The translations under genes were made by a program, and so were the position numbers. From an uncultured bacterium (GTDB lineage Bacteria > Krumholzibacteriota > Krumholzibacteriia > JACNKJ01), in assembly GCA_963695095.1 (NCBI GenBank), contig CAVOFT010000001.1, positions 2,368,001 to 2,432,000 on the forward strand: a stretch of DNA of 64,000 nucleotides. The letters are read 5' to 3'. The notes under the pieces are model-generated. The model saw only the letters and a program-made list of their open reading frames with translations, had not been told where the DNA came from and ran no database searches. This document shows, one piece after another, positions 9,719 to 21,159 of this stretch; position 1 is the stretch's first letter; each line of letters begins with the position of its first letter.

Positions 9719-10629
9719 GGCCGGCCCACCCGCCTGCCCGGCGCCGCCGCCTTGGCCAGGCTATCGGCGCGCGCGAGGCTGTCGGCCAGCGCCGTGCTGT
9801 CGACCGGCTCGACGAAAGGCACCGGGAAGCCCGGCGCATCGTAACTCACCGCCGTGACCACGAACACGTCCTCCAGCCGCTGCAGCGGCGCCGCCGGCGC
9901 GAGGCGGACGTCCTGGTGCAGGAGGCCCGGCGGGCTGCTCACGGCCGTGACGGTGCCCAGCAGGAAGCCTTCGTTGAAGCGGCTGCCCAGGCCGCTGGTC
10001 ATGAACAGGTCGCCGGCCTGGACGTCCTCGTTCAGCTCCACGCGGTCCACGGTGAAGCCGTGGCGGGGATCCCACTTGAGCACCCCGAGCACGCGGCTGC
10101 GGCGGTCGCGGCAACTCACCGCGCAGTCGGAACTGGCCAGCATCTGCACTTCCGCCGTGCCCTCGTGGACCGCGAAGACCGAGCCGATCAAGCCGGCCGG
10201 GCTGACCACCGGCATGCCCTCGCGCACGCCGTCGCGGCGGCCGCGGTCGATGCGCAGCAGGTTGCGCTCCCGGAAGTCCACCGGATAGCTCAGCAGCTCC
10301 GCCGGCAGGAAGCGGTAGGTCTGCTGCTCGCGGAACTCGAGCAGGCGGCGCAGGCGCACCGCTTCGCGGCGGTACTCCTCGCCGCGGCGCCACTCGTCGG
10401 CCAAGGTCATCAGGCGCTCGCGCAGGGCCTCGTTTTCGCCCTGCAGGCGGCGCAGGTGGTCGCCCAGCCAGAGGGCGCCGTTGGCCGGAGCGTAGATCAC
10501 TGCGCCCAGGCTGCGGGCGAGGGTGTGACGAAAGGCGCTGGGGAGTCCGAGCAACGCGACCGCGGCCACCACGCAGGCGGCGAACACCGCCCGATCTCGG
10601 TGCCGCGCCAGGATGCCGGGCAGGGCCAT
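9715..10629 (-). CDS. mreC: Rod shape-determining protein MreC
   Basis: TM, coiled coil (ENEALR), IDRGRRDGVREGMPV, TSGLG. Confidence 0.93.
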   Translation of the reverse strand: MALPGILARHRDRAVFAACVVAAVALLGLPSAFRHTLARSLGAVIYAPANGALWLGDHLRRLQGENEALRERLMTLADEWRRGEEYRREAVRLRRLLEFREQQTYRFLPAELLSYPVDFRERNLLRIDRGRRDGVREGMPVVSPAGLIGSVFAVHEGTAEVQMLASSDCAVSCRDRRSRVLGVLKWDPRHGFTVDRVELNEDVQAGDLFMTSGLGSRFNEGFLLGTVTAVSSPPGLLHQDVRLAPAAPLQRLEDVFVVTAVSYDAPGFPVPFVEPVDSTALADSLARADSLAKAAAPGRRVGRP

Positions 10630-10630
10630 C

Positions 10631-11665
<1,035 letters not shown>

Positions 11666-11684
11666 GGCTTCTCCCCCGTTCCGT

Positions 11685-12342
11685 CTAGGGCAAGAGCCCC
11701 CGCTCCCGGAGGCTGACATGGGCCGCAGCGCCCAGGATCACGTGATCGAGCAACTCGATCCCCATCAGGCGACAGGCCTCCGCGAAGCGAGTCGTGAGGC
11801 GCAGATCCTCTTCGCTCGGCTCCGGATCGCCCGACGGGTGATTATGCGCCATCACCATGGCCGCCGCCGCACTCAGGATCGCCGGCCGCAGAACCTCCCG
11901 CGGATGCACCACCGCTGCGTTGAGCCCGCCCATCGCCACCAGTACGTCGCGCTCCACGCGATGCTTGCTGTCCAGGAGCAGTACGCGGAACTGCTCCTGG
12001 CAGAGGCCGCCCATGCGCGGGCCGAGCAAAGCGACCACGTCCTCGGGGGCGTGGATCGCCGGGCGCTCGCCCAGCCCTGCCCGGACCGCCTGTCTGCCCA
12101 ACTCGAAGCAGGCCAGCAGGCGCAGGGTCGCTGCCGGTCCGAGTTCACCCCAGGCGAGCAGTTCCTGCGGCGCCGCCGCGCCCAGGGCCCGCAGCCCGCC
12201 GAAGCGGCGCAGCAAGCGCGCACTGATGCCGGTCGGTCGCGCTACGCCCCCCGGCGCCAGCAGCGCCGCCAGCAGCGCAGCTGGAGGCAGGTGCTCCGCC
12301 GACCCCGCCAGCAAGCGCGCGCTGGGCAGCGGCTGCGCTCAC
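11685..12342 (-). CDS. radC: RadC family JAB-domain protein (probable frameshift just after GTG 12342)
   Basis: VHPREV, HNHPSGDPEPSEED, LDHVILG; radC-mreBCD synteny. Confidence 0.9.
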
Positions 12343-12396
12343 CGCGACGCCGCCAACGGTGTTGACGGGCAGCCCCGGATGGCGACAACCGGCGGC

Positions 12397-12425
12397 AATT
12401 TACCAGCGAATAAAGGAGTTAGCAA
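12397..12425 (-). promoter_or_regulatory. Candidate promoter for the radC-mre operon
   Basis: TTGCTA-17 nt-TAAATT with extended TG, in an AT-rich intergenic patch. Confidence 0.5.
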
Positions 12426-12529
12426 CAAGTTTCGCAGTTCCCTGGGCTTGCGCCGTTTCCGGTCGGCCAGGCTGGCGGCCGGCGCTCGCGCCCTATCAAG
12501 GCTCGTGCCGCCGCCGCCGGCGGCGCCGC

Positions 12530-13758
12530 TCAAGCGCGGCCGAGCCCCTGCAGGGCCTTGCGGGCCAGGTTGCCGTAGGGCGAATCCGGGAAGCGGGCAA
12601 GCTGCTTCATCGTAGAGCTCCCGGGCGCGGTCGGGATCCGCGACCTCCTCCAGACGGGCCGCACGCAACAGCACGACGGGCAGGCGGGCGGAGCCGGCGT
12701 AGAGCCGGTGGAAGAGCTCGAGCGCGTGCAGTGCCGCCCGGGGCTGGCCCAGGCGATCCAGGGCGAGGGCGAGCCGGTAGAGCTGGGCCTCGGGGAAGGC
12801 GAGGTCGGGGAAGACGCGCAGGGCTTCCGCGTAGACTGCCGCCGCGCCCGCTTCATCCTCCAGGGCCAGGCTCGCGGCCACCGCGCGGCGATAGAGCCTG
12901 CGGCTCTCGCCGAACAGGGCGAGCAGGCGGCAGGCCCTGGCCGCCAGGCAGTAGTCTTCGGGTTCGCGCTGCCCGCTCTTGCCGTCCGGGTCGATCAGGG
13001 GATGGATGGCCTCGTAGGCGCCCATCCAGTCGCCGGCGGCCATGCGCCGCTCGGCGCGATGCCGGACGCTGAAGGCCCAGCCGTCCCGCGGCAGATGCAG
13101 GCCGAGCCCGAGCAGGAGACCCATCAGGAGGCCGCCGAAGTGGGCACCGTAGGCGGTGGCGTCGCGGCTGCCCAGGGCGGTGGCGCCCACCTGAACCAGC
13201 TGGAGCAGGACCCAGGCCCCGATGGCCAGCCCGGTCGGGATCGCCGCCACGCCGCTGCGCAGCTGCCCGTAGAGGGGGCTGAAGACCACCCAGGCTGTGC
13301 GGATGCGCGCATGGGGGAAGCGCAGGAGGAAGAGGCCAAGCAGCCCCGACAGCGCGCCCGAGGCGCCTACCACGCCAAAGCCCGCGCAGATGCCCCTGCC
13401 AGAGGTTGCCCGCGATCCCCTGGCAGAGATTCGAGGCGACGCCCAGGAAGAGGAAGTGCAGCAGAAAGCGCCAGCTGCCCAGAGCGCGCTCGAGGCTGGG
13501 AGCGAAGGTCCAGAGGTAGAAGAGATTGCCGGCCAGGTGCAGCCAGCCGGCGTGATTGAACACGCTGAGCAGGAGGCCGGGCCGCAGGGGCTCCCGGGGG
13601 AAGAAGACCCACCATTCCCAGTTGAGCAGGGCCGCGAGGGGGTGCAGGCGGAACCACAGGAAGACCGCCGTCATCACCGCGATCAGGGCCCAGCTTGCCC
13701 AGGGCCGCCCCTCCGGGTCGCGCTCGACGCCCAGCGGATAGTAGAAGAAGAAGTACAC
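12530..13758 (-). CDS. Rhomboid family intramembrane serine protease with C-terminal TPR-like domain (frameshifts near 13380 and 12605)
   Basis: HAGWLHLAGNLFYLW, VGASGA, AYGAHFGG; helical C-terminus ending FPDSPYGNLARKAL. Confidence 0.85.
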
Positions 13759-13852
13759 GCGCTCCCCGTTGTTGCCGATAGGGCAGCCCCAGCCTCAGGC
13801 CGAAGCCGCTGCCGCGGCGGCACGCAAGAAGCGGGCGCAGCCCTGGGGGGAC

Positions 13853-13885
13853 AAGAAAAAACCCCGCCCTGAGGGGCGGGGTTTC
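13853..13885 (-). terminator. Rho-independent terminator
   Basis: AAACCCCGCCC-ctca-GGGCGGGG followed by TTTTTTCTT, just after the 13906 stop. Confidence 0.88.
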
Positions 13886-13905
13886 GGAGTGCGCTGCGAA
13901 GGAAA

Positions 13906-15066
13906 CTAGAACCAGAGCTTGGCCTCGATCTGCGCAACCGGGGGCTGGCCGGAATCGTAGCCGTGGAACCAGTAGCCGGCGCTGTAGAGCCACTGCTGGT
14001 TGAGGGCCAGATCGATCACCCAGTCGCCCATGGCGATGCCCATGCCGAAGCTGAACTCCCAGGGATAGTCCTTGTACTCGTTCGTCGTCACATCGGTGCC
14101 GTCGTCCACTTCGCTCTTGGAATTCCACCAGTTCTTGCTGGCGCCCATGCGCATCGTGAACATGTCGGTCAGCTCGTGCTCCACCGCGACCCCGATGCCC
14201 GGCATGGCCGTATCGGTGTAGGTATCGGTCGTCGAGCCGTCACCCTCGCCGTAGGTGTACTCCCTCTTGTTCTGCTGGAAGTTGGCGAAGAGATAGAGGT
14301 CGTTGTCCTCGTTGATGGTGTAGTCGAAGCCGAGGCCGCCGGCGAACGCCGTGCCCTTCTCCTCGTAGTAGCTGGCGTCCACGCCTTCCTTGTCCGTGTA
14401 GCTGTTGAACATGAAGACGGGGATGATCGTCAGATCCTCGCGCATGGCCTTGAAGGCGCGAGCGCCGACGCCGAAGCCCGAGGTCTCCCAGTCGCCATCG
14501 GTATCGGGATCGCCATCGTCGATGCTGCCCGTCATGAACATGAACATACCGTCGATGACGGTCTCGTCGTCCATGTCATAGGTGATGCCGCCGCCGATGG
14601 TGTTGTAGGACTCGCTGGGCTCGGCGCGGGTCTCCGGATCCTCGAGATTCGCGCTGATACCCTGGCGGTTGTAGATGAGGCCAAGGTCGAAGCTGCCGAA
14701 GGGATAGCCGTAGCCCAGCGTGAAGTGGTTGTACTCTCCGCCGAACTGCCGATCGTAGTAGTCGTAGCCATCCTGGAGGTGCAGCATGTAGGCGCCGTAG
14801 CCCTCTTCGCTCTTGATGAAGCCGAGGCCCTGGGCCGAACTCTCGGGCCACCACGTCACGCGCACATGATCGGCGTTGCGGTAGATGCGGCCGAACCAGC
14901 TGTAGGCGTCATTGCTGTCCGTGATGAAGTTGTTGTTGAAGCTGTCATTGCCGGAAAGGGTCTGCACCCGCACCGGATTGGGAAAGAACTCATAAGCCAT
15001 CGCCGCGCTGCTGATGAGCATCAGCAGGGCACCAGCGGTGAGCAGGACACGATTCATGCGAGACAC
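13906..15066 (-). CDS. Outer-membrane beta-barrel protein, family unassigned
   Basis: Signal peptide (..SSAAMA), alternating beta strands, terminal IEAKLWF; AGGAGG 6 nt before GTG 15066; has its own promoter and terminator. Confidence 0.8.
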   Translation of the reverse strand: MSRMNRVLLTAGALLMLISSAAMAYEFFPNPVRVQTLSGNDSFNNNFITDSNDAYSWFGRIYRNADHVRVTWWPESSAQGLGFIKSEEGYGAYMLHLQDGYDYYDRQFGGEYNHFTLGYGYPFGSFDLGLIYNRQGISANLEDPETRAEPSESYNTIGGGITYDMDDETVIDGMFMFMTGSIDDGDPDTDGDWETSGFGVGARAFKAMREDLTIIPVFMFNSYTDKEGVDASYYEEKGTAFAGGLGFDYTINEDNDLYLFANFQQNKREYTYGEGDGSTTDTYTDTAMPGIGVAVEHELTDMFTMRMGASKNWWNSKSEVDDGTDVTTNEYKDYPWEFSFGMGIAMGDWVIDLALNQQWLYSAGYWFHGYDSGQPPVAQIEAKLWF

Positions 15067-15260
15067 GAGCAACCTCCTGATGGGGTTTGGCAGCCGAATC
15101 CCAAATGGACTCTCAGCCGGAACGAAAACAGCATTCCTTCGCAGTGTGTCTTGGCGCCTCCCGTTGCATCACGCGCCAGGGACCTGACGAACGATGGCGA
15201 GTGAGGTCGGGATCGCCCCGACTCCGCGTGCCACTGGCCCCTACTCTGAAAACCGGACGC

Positions 15261-15296
15261 AAGGTATCCCCGGTCCCCAGGTCTGTCAATAAAAAA
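15261..15296 (-). promoter_or_regulatory. Sigma70-type promoter with upstream T-tract
   Basis: TTTTTTA-TTGACA-17 nt-TACCTT. Confidence 0.75.
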
Positions 15297-15414
15297 CGCG
15301 CCCAACTTTGAGATATGCCGGAATTCCACCACCCCATTCCCCGACCCGCGACGCCCTCCGCCCTCGCCGCGAATTGCGCAACCCCGCATGGGGATTGGGC
15401 TGGAGCCATTGCAC

Positions 15415-16423
15415 CTAGAATGGGTTGCGCAGAGCCTGCGGCGCTCGCCCTCCGAGAAGACCGCCCGGCGCCAGCGTTTCCAGGCGTACTTCAGCGCTCG
15501 CATGCAGCAGCTTCCCGCTTGGCGCCAGGATCCCCACATGGTCGATCCGGGGCTCGCCGTAGAAGAGCAGATCCCCGGGTCGCCAGTCGGCGGGGGCGGC
15601 CAGCGGCCGCGGGCGGCCCCAGACAGCCTGCAAGTCCGCATCGCGGGGCGCGAGGCGACCCAGACTGCCCGAGCAGCACTTGCACCAGCCCGCTACAATC
15701 GAGGCCGGCGCTGCTCGCGCCCCCCCACTCGTAGGGCAGCCCGCAGAGGGCCAGGCCGCGCTCGAGGAGCGCGGCGCGGGCTGCGGTCTCCCCGCGCCGA
15801 TCCGGCCAGGGCGCCAGGTCGGCGACCGGTGTCCAGGCAGGGCGCCCGTCCGGTAGGCGCCAGGGCAGGTAGCCGGCGCGGGCGCGGCCCGACGGGGCCA
15901 GGCGGGTGCCGAAGGACAGATCCAGGAGCGTGTCGGCGCCGGGCGCCGGGGCCGACAGCGCGCGACTGCTCCGCGTGCGCACGACGCGCTGCGGCGGGGG
16001 CCCCTCGCCCAGCACCAGATGCCAGGCGCGGAGCCAGCCCGGATAGCCGTCCTCGCCCGCGCCCAGACACCAGGTCCGCTCCTCGTTCCAGTGCCAGACG
16101 AGGAAGGGATCTCCGAGGCGCAGCTGGGAGATCTGCTCGGCCGCGTGGGCGGGATGGCGGCGCAGCGAGCTGCGGCTGGCGGCGATCCGCCCCGTCGCTC
16201 CCCCGCGCAGGGCCAGCAGTTCCAGCGCGCCGGGCTCGGCGGCCGCCAGGCGCTGGGCGGCGACCAGCGCGCGGCCCGGGCGCAGGAGGAGCCGGCCCTG
16301 GGCGTCCCAGCACCAGGGATGGCGGCGCGGATCGAGGCCCTCCGCCTGGGCGAGGGCCTCCCAGCGGCGTCTCCCCGCAGCGCTCGTGCCTGGGGCTCCG
16401 GGCCCGCGCCTCTGCGCGCTCAT
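15415..16423 (-). CDS. NlpC/P60 (C40) peptidase with SH3-like domains, YkfC-like (frameshift near 15670)
   Basis: EQISQLRLGD, DGYPGW, GLPYEWGG..GLDCSGLVQ, then PRDADLQ, PGDLLFY and HVGI in the next frame. Confidence 0.85.
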
Positions 16424-17286
16424 GGCTTCACCTCCACGGTCTCGAGGACCGGTCGCCCGGCGGCCGCCGGATCCAGCAGATCGCGCAGGGCGTCGCCCAG
16501 CAGGTTGAAGCCGAGCACCGCCAGGGCCATGCACAGGCCCGGGATCAGGGTCAACCAGGGAGCGCGTGCGCAGGTAGCCGAAGCCGTCGCGGATCAGGGT
16601 GCCCCAGCTCGGCTGCGGCGGCTGGGCGCCCAGGCCGAGGAAGCTCAGACTGCCCTCGGCGATGATCGCGCCCGCCATCCCCATGCTGAAGAGCACCCAG
16701 AGCGTGGAGCTGCAGGCCGGCAGCACGTGGACGAGGAGGATGCGCCGGCGCCGGCAGCCCAGCGCACGCGCGGCGTCGATGTAGTCCAGCCGGCGCAGGC
16801 TGAGCACCTGGCTGCGCAGGACCCGCGCGACCGGCGCCCAGCCCAGCACCCCCAGGGCCAGGAAGAGGGTGAGCAGACTGGGCCCGAAGGCGGCGACGAC
16901 GGCGATGAGCAGCAGCAGCGCCGGGAAGGCGAGCGTCATGTCGGCCAGGCGCATGATGAGGCCATCAAGACGGCCGCCGAAGTAGCCGGCCACCAGGCCC
17001 GCCGCCGGTGCCGAGCGCAAGGGCGACGAGGCGCGAAAGCAGCCCGACGAGCAGGCTGAGCCGTGCCCCGGCGACCACCCGCGCGGCGAGGTCGCGGCCC
17101 ACGGCGATCGGTGCCGAAAGGATGCACCGCTGACGGCGGCAGCAGGGCCCGGGAGGGCGCCGTCGCCAGGGGATCGCCCAGGCCCAGCCACTGGCCGCCG
17201 GCGGCTACGGCCACGAAGGCCAGCACCAGCGCGCTCCCGACCAGGAAGCCGCCATGCCGCCAGCCTTCGCGCAGACCCCCGCCCAC
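16420..17286 (-). CDS. dppC: Peptide ABC transporter permease, DppC/OppC type (three apparent frameshifts)
   Basis: HPFGTD, LAFPALLL, DYIDAARALG, EGSLSFLGLG, GFNLLGDALRDLLDP, spread across frames. Confidence 0.88.
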
Positions 17287-18220
17287 TCAGGCCCCCTCTC
17301 GCCGCGTGCGCGGATCGATCCAGGCATAGCTGAGGTCGACGAGCAGGTTGACGAGCACGAAGGCCAGCGCCATCACGAGGATAGCGCCCTGGATGGCCGG
17401 CAGGTCGCGCTTGGCTACGGCATCGAGCGTGTAGCGGCCCAGGCCCGGCCAGGCGAAGATGCGTTCGGTGAGCACCGAGCCGCTGAGATAGCTGCCGAAG
17501 TCGTTGCCCACGACCGTCACCACGGGCAGCAGCGCATTGCGCAGCCCATGCACCAGGAGCACGCGGGCCGGGTGCAGGCCCTTGGCGCGCGCGGTGCGGA
17601 TGTAGTCCTGGCCCATCACGTCGAGCAGGGAGGCGCGGGTCATGCGGGCGATCAGGGCGGCCGAGGCGGTCCCCAGCGTCAGCGCGGGCAGGATCAGATG
17701 GCGCAGGCTGCCCTCGCCGTAGCCCGAGGGCGGCAGCCAGCGCAGCTGGAGCGAGAAGGCGATAGATGAGCACCATGCCCAGCCAGAAGACCGGCACCGA
17801 GATGCCCGCCGAGGCCAGCACCATGGCGCCGCGATCGAGGAGGGAGCCGGGCCGCAGCGCCGCCGCGACGCCCAGGCCCACGCCCAGCACGGTGGCGATC
17901 AGCATCGCCGCCAGGGCCAGGCGCAGGGTGTGGGGAAAGGTGGTCGCGATCGCCTCGCGCACCGGCTCGCGGGAGACATAGGAGACGCCCAGGTCGCCGC
18001 GGACGAGATCGGCCAGAAAGCGACCGTAGCGCAGGGGCAGCGGGTCGTCCAGGTGCAGCTCGGCCCGCAGCTCGTCGAGCACGGCCTCGTCGTAGCGCTC
18101 GCCGGCGACGGCCTGCACGGGGTCGCCGGGCACCACGTAGAGCAGCAGGAAGCTGAGGAAGGTCACCCCCAGCAGCACGGGCACCAGGGCCAGCAGTCTA
18201 CGAATCAGGAAGCGCCGCAT
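17287..18220 (-). CDS. dppB: Peptide ABC transporter permease, DppB/OppB type (frameshift near 17762)
   Basis: VPGDP, GDLGVS, SVPVFWLG, DYIRTARAKGL, DLSYAWIDPR. Confidence 0.9.
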
Positions 18221-19781
18221 CGCGTCGCAGCTCCAGGTAGTCCTGACCGTTGAAAATGAGGGGCGGCTGGTAGCCGGACAGGCCCGGCCCGAGCACCTCG
18301 AGCGAGACGGGGTGCCAGAGCCAGATCCAAGGCGCTTCGCGGTAGATCGTCTCGTTGAGGCGGTTCACCAGGCGCGCCCGCCCGGGGCCGGGCGGACTGG
18401 TCTGCAGCTCGTCGAGCAGAAGGTCCACGAAGGGCTCGGCGAAGGCGGCCCGGTTGCCGCCGCCGCCCAGGTTGCGCGAATGAAAGAGCGGCACCAGGAA
18501 GTTCTCCGCATCGGGATAGTCGGCCAGCCAATCGAGGAAGAAGGCATCGGCGCTGCCCTGGTTCACGGCGTCCTTGAAGGCGCCCCAGTCGCGCACGACG
18601 ATGCGCGCGGTGATGCCGACCTCGGCCAGGTAGGCCTGCACCGCTTCCAGCAGGCGGCTCACTTCCGGATTCTCCTTCTGCCAGATCTCCATGCTGAAGC
18701 CCTCCGCGTAGCCGGCTGCCGCCAGCAGCTCGCGGGCGCGCTCCGGCCGGTAGCGGAACTGCTCACCGGGATCCTCGCTGCGCAGCGCCGGCGGCACCGG
18801 CCCCAGGGAGCGCTGGGCGGCCTGGGCGCGCAGCGTGCGGATCAGCGCCTCGACATCGATCGCGTGATTGAGGGCCTGGCGCACGCGCAGATCGTCGAAA
18901 GGCGGCCGGCGCTGGTTGAGGCCGATGTAGGAGACGACCAGCTCCTCCTGCCGCAGCACCCGACCGCGCCGCTCGCCCGTCAGCCAGTAGTCGGCTTCGG
19001 CCAGGGGCACGCGGAGCAGGTCGAGATTGCCCACCTCGAATTCGGCAACCGCGGTGAAAGGCTGGGGGATGATGCGCAGCTCGAGCCGCTGCATGCTCCC
19101 GGGCGGCGCGGGCTCCCGGCGCTCGAGCAGGAAGCGATCGCCCTGATCCCAGCGCAGGAGCCGCCAGGGTCCGCCGGCGACCGGCAGCCCCCCCACGCGC
19201 AGGGGCCGGCCCGCCTCATCCTGCGGGTAGACACGCGTGGCCGGCATGGCCAGCAGGCCGAGGAAGGGACTGAAAGGGGCGGCCAGCTCGAGCACGAGCG
19301 TGCTGTCGTCGGGCGCCGTGAGGCCGGCCACATCGGTGGACAGGCCGTCGCGGAAGGCCCCCGCCCCGCGCAATCGCTCCAGCACCCAGCGCCGCGGCGA
19401 GGGCGACGCGGGATCGAGCAGGCGGCGGAAGCAGCCCCGCACGCGCCCGGCCGTGATCGGCGTGCCGTCGTCGAAGTGGCGGCCGGTCACGAGATGCAGG
19501 CGGTAGCGGCGGCCACCGGATTCCAGCTCCCAGCGCGCGACGAGGTCGGGCTGGGGCTGGCCCGCCGGATCGAAGCGGAAGAGCCCCGGATAGATGAGGG
19601 AAACCAGGGTGCCTGCGGTCTGATCGACGGCGAAGGCGGGATCCAGGCTCTGCGGCTCCTCCCCGAGATAGGCGCGGAAGCAGGCCGGGTCCGGCGGCTC
19701 GCCGCGGCCGCAACCGGCCGGTCCCGCGGCAAGCAGGGCGAGGAACACGGTGGCGGCGAGCGGCCGGGCGCGGCGTGGCAT
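18198..19781 (-). CDS. dppA: Peptide ABC transporter substrate-binding lipoprotein (family 5)
   Basis: Lipobox-like PAG-C, SLDPA, FDDGTPITA, PFDDLRVRQALNHAID, WLADYPDAENF. Confidence 0.9.
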   Translation of the reverse strand: MPRRARPLAATVFLALLAAGPAGCGRGEPPDPACFRAYLGEEPQSLDPAFAVDQTAGTLVSLIYPGLFRFDPAGQPQPDLVARWELESGGRRYRLHLVTGRHFDDGTPITAGRVRGCFRRLLDPASPSPRRWVLERLRGAGAFRDGLSTDVAGLTAPDDSTLVLELAAPFSPFLGLLAMPATRVYPQDEAGRPLRVGGLPVAGGPWRLLRWDQGDRFLLERREPAPPGSMQRLELRIIPQPFTAVAEFEVGNLDLLRVPLAEADYWLTGERRGRVLRQEELVVSYIGLNQRRPPFDDLRVRQALNHAIDVEALIRTLRAQAAQRSLGPVPPALRSEDPGEQFRYRPERARELLAAAGYAEGFSMEIWQKENPEVSRLLEAVQAYLAEVGITARIVVRDWGAFKDAVNQGSADAFFLDWLADYPDAENFLVPLFHSRNLGGGGNRAAFAEPFVDLLLDELQTSPPGPGRARLVNRLNETIYREAPWIWLWHPVSLEVLGPGLSGYQPPLIFNGQDYLELRRDAALPDS

Positions 19782-21049
19782 CAGCCGTTCATCACGCGCA
19801 GGAGGACGAAATCGCCAGCGCCGTGGCGGTCCTCGAAGACGTAGACCAGCCCGGCGCCCAGGTAGTACCAGTACTCGAGCTGGCGGAAGTTGCGGTCGTC
19901 CTCCACGAGCTCCGTGCGATCCGGAGCGCCGCGCTCCAGGTAGACCTGGCCCCGATCGCTGAGGTAGCCGTCGCGCTGGCCGGCCTCGAAGCGGGCGTTC
20001 GCCTCGCTCACGCGCTCGCAGAAATCTGCCAGGGCGCTGTTCTCGCCCCGGTCGCCGGCCGCCAGTCCTCGCCGGTCCCAGAAGGCCTGCCAGCGAGCCG
20101 CGCGTTCGGCGGCAGGGGCGGCCGCCAGCTCATCGCGCTCATCGGCGCTGGCCAGGGGCCGCAGGAGGCCCAGCGTGCGCTCCCACTCGCGGCCGAAGGC
20201 AGCCGGCGTCAGCCCCACGTCCAAGCGTCCGCGCAACTGGCGGCGCTCCTCGCCGGTCACCAGCTCGCAGTCGAGGCGGTAGACGCCCATCGCAAGTCTG
20301 GCCTGCGGGAGTTCCCAGGCCAGGCTGTGTCGGCCCGGCGGCAGCAGCAGCTCGCGCCGCGCATAGTAGAGCAGCTCGCCCCGCCGGTCCTCGAGGCTGA
20401 GCAGGAGTTCGCCCCGCAGTTCGCCCTCGCCCCAGTTGTGCACGTCGCAGGCGAGACCGATGGTCGCCGCGTCGCCGTCGGTGAAGCAGCTCACGGCGGC
20501 GGGGAGCCGCCAGGGGTCGTGAAAGAAAAAGGGCGGCGTCCGCTGCCCGCTGCCGCGGCCCGGAGCCCAGCGCGGGCCCTGGAGGAAGAGCGCACTGCTC
20601 GCCAGATCGGGCACCTCGAGCTCGAAGCGCTCGCGCCAGGGCTTGGCCTCGCCGCGGCTGTAGATGAGCGCCTCCACCCGCCACGCGCCGGGCCCCAGCG
20701 CCAGGCCGAAGCTGCGCCTGTAGTGCTCCTCGCGCCGGCGGCTGGCCGCGAAGTCGGGCACCGTGACCTCATCGTGCAGGAGCAGGTTGGCCTCCTCGCG
20801 GTCGCTGCGGCGCTCGGCGCGGCAGGCGATGCGCAGCCGGGCCGCGAAGCCCGCCCCGCTGCGCTCGAAGACGAGCTGCTCGTACGGAATCCGCAGCTCG
20901 AAGTCGAGGCGGGCGCCCCCGGAGTCGGGCAGGGAGAGGCTGTGATCGAGGCGGACGTCGCGTGGCAATTCCTCGCGCGCCCCGGCGAGCGCGAGCCCGG
21001 ACGAGACGACCAGCAGCATCAGGCCGGTGAGCGCGGTGCGCGATTGCAT
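19781..21049 (-). CDS. GWxTD-domain protein (exported)
   Basis: Signal peptide; C-terminal FWDRR...ERVSEANARF...GYLSDRGQVYLERGAPD...EYWYY. Confidence 0.82.
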   Translation of the reverse strand: MQSRTALTGLMLLVVSSGLALAGAREELPRDVRLDHSLSLPDSGGARLDFELRIPYEQLVFERSGAGFAARLRIACRAERRSDREEANLLLHDEVTVPDFAASRRREEHYRRSFGLALGPGAWRVEALIYSRGEAKPWRERFELEVPDLASSALFLQGPRWAPGRGSGQRTPPFFFHDPWRLPAAVSCFTDGDAATIGLACDVHNWGEGELRGELLLSLEDRRGELLYYARRELLLPPGRHSLAWELPQARLAMGVYRLDCELVTGEERRQLRGRLDVGLTPAAFGREWERTLGLLRPLASADERDELAAAPAAERAARWQAFWDRRGLAAGDRGENSALADFCERVSEANARFEAGQRDGYLSDRGQVYLERGAPDRTELVEDDRNFRQLEYWYYLGAGLVYVFEDRHGAGDFVLLRVMNG

Positions 21050-21159
21050 GCCCTGTCCATGGCGGCTGGAGCCGGCGGCACGCCGGCCCCGCTGTGAACA
21101 TTCAGCAAAGGGCGGCGGCTGTCCAGGGCAAAGTGGCGGTGCGCCTCGGCGCCGCTGGC

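Noticed and set aside
11685..12342. radC as a marker of a mobile element or anti-defence locus
   Set aside because: It is the long chromosomal form in the usual radC-mreBCD position, with no integrase or transposase nearby.
15491..18220. 909-aa ORF that looks like a DppB-DppC-NlpC/P60 fusion
   Set aside because: It is a chimera produced by frameshifts; out-of-frame junk lies between the real segments, and each gene has its own start and stop.
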